64,000 bases of DNA from Paramoeba atlantica (lineage: Eukaryota > Protista > Discosea): assembly GCA_977017575.1 (NCBI GenBank), contig CDRNVI010000076.1:1-64000 (forward strand), in the 5' to 3' direction. Under the pieces are notes generated by a model. It worked only from the letters and a program-made list of their open reading frames with translations. It searched no databases and was not told the DNA's origin. How positions within the stretch are numbered: the first letter of the stretch is position 1; each line of letters starts with the position of its first letter. The position numbers and the translations under genes were made by a program. Positions 1-8,719 of this stretch are shown here, in pieces.

Positions 1-1688
1 AGTCCCGACGAATTTCTGCCCTATCAGCTTTTGACGGTAGTGTAGTGGACTACCGTGGCGATAACGGGTACGGGGAATTAGGGTTCGATTCCGGAGAGGG
101 AGCCTGAGAAACAGCTACCACTTCTACGGAGGGCAGCAGGCGCGTAAATTGCCCAATGCCAAATTGGTGAGGCAGCGAAGAGAAATAGCGTCCCCGCCTC
201 TTTGAGTGTGGGGTTCGCAATGGGTGGTACGTAAACCCACCAACGAGTAACAATTGGAGGACAAGTCTGGTGCCAGCACCCGCGGTAATTCCAGCTCCAA
301 TAGCGTATATTAACGTTGTTGCTGTTAAAGGGTTCGTAGTTGAATTCAGAGTGGTGAAAGTTTGCTGCCTCGGCAGCTCTTCCTCACCACTCTGTCCTAG
401 ACGGGGCCGGAGTCTGCGGAAGCGTCCCTTCAGTGGTGACGTGGAAGCGGTTGGCCGAAGAGGCTAACATCCCACATGCAACGCATGTCGAGACCGCCCG
501 TCGTTATCACTGTGAAGAAAACAGCGTGTTCAAAGCAGCCGCCTGCGGCTGGATGATAAAGCATGGAATGACAAAGCATCGACCACTGGGTCAGTCTTTT
601 GTCGGTTTTTACGACCCAACATGGGTAATCGGTTGGCGAAGTGTTAATTTCCGTCACCTTGTGTGATGGAAAGCTTCGTCGAACACGGGATCAATGGGGG
701 TTGTCGGGGGAAAACGTATCTGAGCGTGAGAGGTGAAATTCTTAGACCGCTCGGGGACGAACTTATGCGAAGGCATTTTCCAAGTATACCTTCATCAATC
801 AAGAACTAAAGTGTGGAGATCGAAGATGATTAGATACCATTGTAGTCCACGACTGCAAACGATGACGCCCATGGATCGGATAGCATTTTGCTCTGATGGG
901 ATCTTTTCGGCACTGCTCCCCCTTCAACGCGAAAGCTGAGGCTATGGTCTCATGGGGGAGTACGTTCGCAAGGCTGAAACTTAAAGAAATTGACGGAATG
1001 GCACCACCAGGCGTGGAGTGTGCGGTTTAATTTGACTCAACACGGGGAACCTTACCAGGACAGGACAACGGTAGGATTGACAGATTGAGAGTTCTTTCTT
1101 AATTCGTTTGACGGTGGTGCATGGCCGCTTTTGGTCGGTGAAGTGATTTGTTTGGTTGATTCCTTTAACGGACGAGACCCAATCCGCTTACTAGGGGCAC
1201 CATCTACCGAAAGGTAAACGGAAGCGAGGGGATTCGTCCCACTCGTCTTCCCAGATAGTGCATCCCCTTCTTCGCGGCATTCCGTGCGCCTTAGCACGGT
1301 GGCATTTTGGGCAACAGCAGGTCCGTGATGCTCCTAAATGTCCTGGGCGACACGCGCACTACAATGACAAAGTGAATGAGTGAAGCCTTTTTGGTCCTTC
1401 TTCGAAAGAAGTGGGGAAACTGAGAAAACTCTGTCGTGCTTGGGATCGAAGCTTGCAATTATTCTTCTTGAACGAGGAATGCCTAGTAGACGTGCTTCAT
1501 CAAAGCGCATTGACTACGTCCCTGCCATTTGTACACACCGCCCGTCGTTGTTACCGATGCCAGTTGGATAAAGGTTAACGGACTTGCGATCCCTTCGAGG
1601 ATTGTGGGAAAGTTAACCCATATTTAACTAGTAGAGGAAGCAAAAGTCGTAACAAGGTAGCTGTAGGTGAACCTGCAGCTGGATCATT
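1..1688 (+). rRNA. 18S rRNA: 18S (SSU) rRNA, unit 1, 5'-truncated by the window edge
   Basis: Universal SSU motifs GTGCCAGCACCCGCGGTAATTCC, AAACTTAAAGAAATTGACGG, GTACACACCGCCCGTC, AAGTCGTAACAAGGT; ends in GGATCATT. Confidence 0.98.
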
Positions 1689-1942
1689 TCGAAAGTTTTC
1701 GAACCTTGAACAACAGGCACACCGTACGGTGCGTCCTAACACAGCCCTCCCGAGTGCTCGTTTGCGCTCGGGGAAGGGAAACCGTCTGTTCCAAACCCCG
1801 TTCGCGGGGTTTGGGGGGACTCTTTTTTTGTTCCTCCTCGTCGACGGCGCAAGCCGTAGACGGCTCAAGGGGGTTTACTCGGCCCGGTGCTACGCGTGGG
1901 GGGGAAACCCCCCACGCGCCCGGATGAAACCGAGTCATGTAT
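1689..1942 (+). other. ITS1 (~254 nt; same in all units)
   Basis: Lies between the 18S end and the 5.8S start; contains stable hairpins such as CGCGTGGGGGG-GAAA-CCCCCCACGCG (1893-1918) and AAACCCCG-TTCG-CGGGGTTT. Confidence 0.9.
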
Positions 1943-2099
1943 AACTTATGACGGTGGATGTCTTGGCTTCCCAATCGATGAAGGACGCGGCAATATGCGA
2001 TAATTCGTACGCATTGCAGAATCAAGCGTAGTACTAAACCTTTGAACGCAACATGTGTGCTGGGTCTCGCACTCAAGCACGTCCACAGTTCAGTGCCGA
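1943..2099 (+). rRNA. 5.8S rRNA: 5.8S rRNA, unit 1
   Basis: AACTTATGACGGTGGATGTCTTGG, CGATGAAGGACGC, GCATTGCAGAATC, CTTTGAACGCA; its 3' CAGTTCAGTGCC pairs with the 28S 5' GGCCTGAGCTG. Ends approximate (a few nt). Confidence 0.93.
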
Positions 2100-2172
2100 T
2101 AACCTTGCTGGGGAACGACACGTGCCCTGAAATCGAATTCCGTTGGTGTCTCACACCAAAGAAACCATTTTC
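2100..2172 (+). other. ITS2 (~73 nt; same in all units)
   Basis: Bounded by the 5.8S/28S proximal stem; contains hairpin TTGGTGT-CTC-ACACCAA. Confidence 0.8.
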
Positions 2173-3583
2173 AAGGCCTGAGCTGTGGTCGACCACCCGC
2201 TGAACTTAAGCATATCATTAAGCGGAGGAAAAGAAAACAACTGTGATTCCCCTAGTAGCGGCGAGCGAAGAGGGATTAGCCCAATCCGAATCGGATCACA
2301 TCCGAATTGTGGGGTAAGAGGTCTCAGGAAAGCCTGGACACTCGGACAAGTCTTCCTGGAACGGAGCGCCATAGAGGGTGAGAGCCCCTTGATCCGAGTC
2401 CTCCTCAGGCGGGATTAACTTGAGACTTGCGGAGTAGTACTGCTTGGGAATGCAGTGCGAAGGGCAGGTATACCTCTGCCAAGGCTAAATATCTTGGGAA
2501 GACCGATAGCATACAAGTAGCGTGAGCGAAAGATGAAAAGCACTTTGGAGAGAGAGTGAAATAGCACCTGAAGCCGTCATAAGATAAGGGATGTACCACT
2601 ATCCAAGACGTGTGTAGGGCACCTCGGGGGCAACCCCGGGGTGTCTTCCGCACACGTCATGTCTGTCGCTGTTCCCACGCCGAGCAAGGGGGTTGGTGTG
2701 ATTTCGCACCTTCGTCACTTTTGTACTCGAGCGTGTGGTTGGGACAGTCTTACCCTTCGGGAGGGATGAAACGGTGGAGATCTCGGCTGCGGCTCCGTCC
2801 TGGGTTTGGAGCGTCTCCCGCCCTCGGGTGGGGGCCTCCGGCTCGGATGGGGTTCGCGGCAGGAGCTCCCGTGTTCGCTCTCCACAGACAGACTTTGAGA
2901 TGGCCATAGGCCACGATGGGGTTCATCCGCCCGTCTTGAAACACGGACCAAGGAGTCTAACAAGTATGCGAGTCATATACTGGAAAGGTATAAGGCGTAC
3001 TGAAAGGGAAGCGCGTATGTCCGCGTGAGGTGTCAACCCGTTGTGCGGGGTTATGCCCCGCACCCGGGTGCAACACCGGCCGAGACTTGGCCATGGGCCG
3101 GGTTTTTGAGCCTGAGCATACATGTTGGGACCCGAAAGGTGGTGATCTATGCCTGAACAGGACGAAGCCGAGGGAAACCTGGGTGGAGGTCCGTAGCGAT
3201 GTTGACGTGCAAATCACTCGTTGGATTTGGGTATAGGGGCGAAAGACTCATCGAACCACCTAGTAGCTGGTTCACCCCGAAGTTTCCCTCAGGATAGCTG
3301 GTGACAGTAAAGCAGTCGTGTGCGGTAAAGCAAATGATTAGAGGCATTGGCTTCAATTTGATGTCGACCTATTCTCAAACTTTAAACGTGCACAGCATTT
3401 GGCTTGCTTTCATGAAGCCAAAGGTAATGGATGATGTCACCAAGTGGGCCTCTTTCGGTAAGCGGAACAGGCGATGCGGAATGCTCCGCAAGGGAACTTA
3501 AGGCGCCTAAGTGCGGGCTCATAGATACCATGAAGGGTGTTCGTTGATCTAGACAGCAGGACGGTGGCCATGGAAGTCGGAAT

Positions 3584-3617
<34 letters not shown>

Positions 3618-4711
3618 TCAACCAGCCCCGAAAATGGATGGCGCTCAAGCCCGCCGCCGACAGTTCCCCGGAACTGTAACTGTGGGAGGGCACAAGAAAC
3701 ACAGTTCCGTGTAGGGGTGCGTGGAGGCAAAGCTGCGAAGCCTTTGGCGTGAGCCTGGGTGGAGCTGCCTCTAGTGCAGATCTTGGTTGTAGTAGCGAAT
3801 ATTCAACTGCGGAAATTCCGCGATATATCGTTGAAGGCTGAAGTGGGGAAGGGTTTCGTGTCAACGGCGATCGGACACGAGTCACTCGGTACTAAAGCCA
3901 ACGTTGGACCGCACTTGTGGAACGGGGTGATGGCCGCCCGGGCGCCGCGTTCGCTCACCTCGTGTGGGCGGGCGTCGATGCCTGGGAACTCTACGGCTCC
4001 ACCCAGTTGGCTGAAAGTAAAGCGGGCTTAACATTCCCGCAGCTGACCATGGGAATTTGAGGCGGTAACGCTTTTGAGACGATGCTGGTGACAGTGTGGG
4101 ACGGGCCCGGAAGAGTTCTCTTTTCTTTTGAATGGACTTCCCCCTCCGTTGAGTTCGCGTCGTGCGGTGACGCGGAAGGGGATCCAGCAAAGCCATGCAT
4201 TTGTGCGTGGTAGGGAAACCGTCTCACGCTTCAGAAAAAGCCAGCGGGGTCCTATTTCCTGATGGCAGGCCGTACCCATATCCGCATCCGGTCCCCAAGC
4301 TTAGAAAGCTCTAGCCAATAGAACAAGGTAGTCTAAGGGAAGTCGGCAAATTAGATGCGTATGCTCGCGAGAAGCATTGGCTCTGAAGGCAAAGCTGTTG
4401 GGAGCCGGCAAGTCCCTGGGCTCAAGGTCCTGGCTGACGTGCCCGCGTCGCGTGCTCCGCCCGCCTTGCGTGGGTGGGGCGTGTGTGCTGCGGTGTCACG
4501 CTTGACGGGGCCTCCAGGGACTACGCCGACCCTTCGGGGACGGTGCAGCCGGGCAAACTCTCACAGCGCTGAATTGCTGTTTCAGAACTGCTTACCAAGG
4601 GGAATCCAACTGTATAATTAAAACACAGGCTTGCGACGCAGCCAAGTGCTGTATGACGCAAGCTGATTTCTGCCCAGTGCTCTGAATGTCAATGTGACGA
4701 GATTCACCTAC

Positions 4712-4768
<57 letters not shown>

Positions 4769-5513
4769 TTCTAATTAGAGACGCGCATGAATGGATTAAT
4801 GAGATTCCCACTGTCCCTAGCTACCATCTAGCGAACCAACTGCGTCAAGGGAACGGTCTTGAATGATTAAGCGGGGAAAGAAGACCCTGTTGAGTTTGAC
4901 TCCAGTCTCAGTTTGCCGGGCGACATAGGAGGTGTAGTCATAGGTGGGAGGTGCTCGAAAGGGTGCCGGTTCTGAAAAACCACTTCTTTTATCGTTGCTC
5001 GGCAAATCCAATGATAAGGCAAAGGGAGTTATGTCTTAAGGGGCTTCACGGCTCCCAGGGCATTCGTGCACCGTCCGAGTCCTACGGGAAATTCAACGGT
5101 GCCAACTCACCTGTTGTAGCTCTAAACCCAGGTGCGGATGTACCAGGGTGAGCCTATGTTTGGAGACAAGACTGAGATGGGGAGTTTGGCTGGGGCGGCA
5201 TATCTGCTAAACGACAACGCAGGTGTCCTAAGGCGAGCTCAGTGAGGACAGAAACCTCACGTGGCGCACAAGGGCAAAAGCTCGCTTGATCTTAGACTTT
5301 CAGTACGAGTCTAGAATGTGAAAGCATGGCCAGCGATCCTTTGAGCACGTACATTCAGGTATAATGCCAGAGGTGTCATAAAAATTACCACAGGGATAAC
5401 TGGCTTGTGGCAGCCAAGCGTTCCTAGCGACGTTGCCGTTTGATCCTTCGATGTCGGCTCTTCCTAGCCTTGCGCCGCAGTTGACGCAAAGGGTCGGATT
5501 GTTCACCCGGATG

Positions 5514-5557
<44 letters not shown>

Positions 5558-5845
5558 TTACCCTACTTAATCAAACATTTCGGCAGGTTTGCCGAGGGAA
5601 ATACGAAGTAGTACGAGAGGAACTTTCGTTTCGCCTCCCTAGCAACAGCGGCCCTTTGAAAAGAGGCGCCGCAAGACCACCAGGCGATGATTAACAGCTG
5701 AACGCCTCTTAAGCTGGAAATCAATCCCGAAGCAAACTTGGGCCTTCTAGGCCACTTGGGCGCAAAACGCGAGCGCGAAAACCATAATTACTCAAGTAAT
5801 ACGCGCGGTAGTAACCCTACCCCTATGAAAGAGCGGAGCGTCCAA
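2173..5845 (+). rRNA. 28S rRNA: 28S (LSU) rRNA, unit 1, apparently unsplit; 3' end uncertain by ~50 nt
   Basis: ACCCGCTGAACTTAAGCAT, CCCGTCTTGAAACACGGACCAAGG, GACTCTCTTAAGGTAGCCAAATG, CCACAGGGATAACTGGCTTG, sarcin-ricin loop AGTACGAGAGGAAC, GAACGCCTCTTAAG. Confidence 0.97.
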
Positions 5846-5866
5846 TCACACCCGGAACAGACGATT

Positions 5867-6835
5867 CCTTATGCACGACCTGGTGTAAGTGTTGGAGGAA
5901 CCTCGGTTCCGACTCACTGAGCCCGTGTACGTGCCCATAGGTGCAATTTTGCAATTCAATCTACCTAACAAGGAGTAGGTAACAAGGCCTAACTTAGGCA
6001 ACAACAAGGCAATAGTCTTGACACACACACTCAGATCCCTGCATGGGATCTCACAAACGTGCATTCCATATAAACAACCACAGGGGTGGTCAATAAAAAA
6101 GGACCCCACATTCTCGTCACCAACATCCACGGTGAGTCCTGCACAACCCTCTCTCTTCAAGCTTACACAGCTTCCTCACTATATAAATGAAACAGATGTA
6201 GAGCACATAGCAGGTGTGCTATGTGTGATCATGTGTTGATACACTCTCACTCCACGGTCAAGTCTCAACAACCTCATGGTTGGGTCAGACACCCACTCAC
6301 ACGACAACAAAGTCCTTATGCACGACCTGGTGTAAGTGTTGGAGGAACCTCGGTTCCGACTCACTGAGCCCGTGTACGTGCCCATAGGTGCAATTTTGCA
6401 ATTCAATCTACCTAACAAGGAGTAAACAAAGATAACACAAAGGTGTTATGCCTTGATCACAGAGACAAAACCGTCTCGATCACAAAGACTCCGCATTACA
6501 GTGTGGGGTTCTCAGGAACGTGCTTCTCATGTGCACAAGAATGTATGTGTTCCACATGCACGAGAGGTACATAAAGCGCTTCATGGTAGTCTCATGGTTG
6601 GGTCAGACACCCACTCACACGACAACAAAGTCTTTATGCACGACCTGGTGTAAGTGTTGGAGGAACCTCGGTTCCGACTCACTGAGCCCGTGTACGTGCC
6701 CATAGGTGCAATTCAATCTACGTAACAAGGAGTAAACAAAGATATGGGAGTAAACAAAGGCCATGCCTTGATCACAAAGACGCTCCGCATTACGGCGTGG
6801 GGATCTCAGGAACGTGCTTCTCATGTGCACAAGAA
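5867..6835. repeat. IGS duplicated blocks, unit 1: ~110-bp module x3 (5867-5977, 6314-6424, 6633-6733), the last two lying within a ~318-bp tandem duplication (6273-6541 / 6591-6835); a partial fourth copy at 6962-6983
   Basis: ATGCACGACCTGGTGTAAGTGTTGGAGGAACCTCGGTTCCGACTCACTGAGCCCGTG occurs at 5871, 6318 and 6636. Equivalent blocks at 17080-18048, 28014-28982, 38948-39916, 49936-50842 and 60862-61768. Confidence 0.95.
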
Positions 6836-7759
6836 CATGTGTGAATCAACACACTACCTTCTTACTTAACCTCTTTTACACACAGCTTGGGTCTTACGGC
6901 ATACACAAGAGTAGGTGCATACGACGCATAAAACAAAAAAATCAGAATGATCTAGTTGAAAGAACCTCCGTTCCGACTCACTGTACTACCACTTTGTTCC
7001 ACAGATCGCTCTGTTTTTAACCGGATGGGAGTGGCTTAGTATGATTGAAATGGATTGAATGCGTAACGACGCCTCCAATCCCTCCACGGAGGCACGGCAT
7101 CCACACCGCAGTGAGGATGATGCGTGCGCAAGAGTTAGTACTGTCTGAGAATAAAAAAATCAACAAGGTACAGAAACTGTATCTCTATCGTTACCGTGTA
7201 CATGCCTCTAAGTGCAATTTCGCAAATCAACGAAAACAAATGATCCTTCACAGGGCAGACATACTCATGACTCTGCTTTCAAGGCACTGCAGTCATGAGC
7301 TGCAGTCATTTTGGGGGCGAGGTTGTCCAGTGATTGACTGCTCGTTACACTCGCTTAGCGATGAATTCCGATCCTTCATCCCTTCGTCAAAGTCATCCCA
7401 CTTCCGATTTACGTCATCTATCTTCCCGGAATACGGGAAATTCGTTTTTGAGTGGGAATGTTCTATGAGAGAGAAAGCACTGAGTATGGAGAGGAAAGCT
7501 AGTGAACAAGAGAGCCAAACTACAAATTTTATAAGTAGTGCACGTGAATTTGTTCCGTACATCGATAAGTAGCGTACCTGGATAAGTAGCGTGCTTGGGG
7601 GCACAGATGGGCGTTGTAGTAGTTTGGATGAGTACTCATCGAAACGACCTCTGCACATGGTACTTTGGATGAGTACTTTTCACTATATTACCAACGTCTG
7701 ACTCTGTAAGGCTAAACTGTGAACGTAGCCCTGGGACACGTGTGCTTCTCTCTAGATTC

Positions 7760-7948
7760 GTGGGAAGCAATTTGCGAAGCCCAACTACTTGATAACAAAT
7801 TTTAGTACCCATTTTGGCCGCGCGGGGGCCCCCGCGTGAGCGGGGGTGCGCGCGGCCGCGAAACGGCGAGGGACCGCGTGAGCGGGCCTGAGCCGCACCC
7901 CGCGTAGGATTCCCCTGTGCGTCGTTAGTGGGAAGCAATTTGCGAAGC
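7760..7948 (+). other. GC-rich multi-hairpin island (7816-7904) flanked by 21-bp perfect direct repeats
   Basis: GTGGGAAGCAATTTGCGAAGC at 7760-7780 and 7928-7948; hairpins CCCCCGC-GTGA-GCGGGGG (7829-7846) and GG(A/C)CCGC-GTGA-GCGGGCC (7871-7888). Confidence 0.85.
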
Positions 7949-8251
7949 TCACCGAATTTCGTAGTTTTCTCTACGCAGGCGTTGTCAACGTATGTAGTGA
8001 AGTGTAGGATACTGAACGCACGGAAAATGAAAATCAAAAAAAATTCTTGGGTGTTCCACAAAAGTCCTTGACTTATGCAAAAGTCCTTGACTTCCACCGG
8101 CGCTGAGAACCTATGTCTGCCACTTCCGCAGGATTGTGTATTTTTGTACTATATTGCATCACCTATAACCTGGCAACAATTTACGTGATTGCTGACTACG
8201 GAAGAAAGTACTCATGAGATGCGCCACGGAAGAAAGTACTCATCCAAAGTA

Positions 8252-8538
8252 CCATGTGCAGAGGTCGTTTCAATGAGTACTCATCCAAACTACCGTGTGA
8301 AGAGGTCGTTTCGATGAGTACTCATCCAAACTACCATGTGAGGAGGTCGTTTCGATGAGTACTCATCCAAACTACCATGTGAAGAGGTCGTTTCGATGAG
8401 TACTCATCCAAACTACAATGTGAAGAGGTCGTTTCGATGAGTACTCATCCAAACTACCATGTGAAGAGGTCGTTTCAATGAGTACTCATCCAAACTACCA
8501 TGTGAAGAGGTCATTTCGATGAGTACTCATCCAAACTA
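8252..8538. repeat. 41-bp IGS satellite, 7 copies (unit 1)
   Basis: Monomer CCATGTGAAGAGGTCGTTTC(A/G)ATGAGTACTCATCCAAACTA; 287 bp = 7 x 41; contains the palindrome ATGAGTACTCAT. Confidence 0.97.
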
Positions 8539-8555
8539 CCACTACAACGCGATTT

Positions 8556-8688
8556 ATGGTAGTTTGGATGAGTACTTCCATTTTCGTCGGAGGCCGGTGA
8601 TAGTAGTTTGGATGAGTACTCATCGAAACTACCACAACCCCCCCTAGGAAGTAATGGTAGTTTGGATGAGTACTCATCGGAACTACCA
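8556..8688. repeat. Three inverted/palindromic derivatives of the 41-bp motif (also present in units 2-6)
   Basis: 8556-8575 (inverted half copy); 8603-8632 GTAGTTTGGATGAGT/ACTCATCGAAACTAC (30 bp, 1 mismatch); 8655-8688 (34 bp, 2 mismatches). Confidence 0.92.
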
Positions 8689-8719
8689 CAATCCCCACAG
8701 ATGCATCGAGCTCCCTCTG

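Larger units (their letters stand above)
7611..8550. mobile_element. Inverted-repeat-bounded, foldback/MITE-like segment in the IGS (putative; present in every unit)
   Basis: 7619-7679 is the reverse complement of 8233-8293 (60/61 identical). The outer end GCGTTGTAGTAGTTT (7611) matches the far end of the 41-bp array, AAACTAC(CAC)TACAACGC (to 8550). No target-site duplication or transposase seen, so mobility is unproven. Confidence 0.35.

Noticed and set aside
4735-4765. R2/R1-type retrotransposon insertion in 28S
   Set aside because: The target CTCTTAAGGTAGCCAAATG is uninterrupted in all six units.
1-5845. ORFs overlapping 18S, ITS, 5.8S and 28S (all units)
   Set aside because: Shadow ORFs of rRNA with no recognisable protein features.
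8252-8538. 41-bp palindromic repeats as a CRISPR array
   Set aside because: Monomers abut head-to-tail with no unique spacers, no cas genes are present, and the context is eukaryotic rDNA.
8293-8538. Minus-strand TGGATGAG...CGAAAC as a tandem hammerhead ribozyme core
   Set aside because: The core reads UGGAUGA rather than CUGANGA, there is no proper stem II (G-TACTCAT-C), and the following hairpin leaves no stem I or NUH site.
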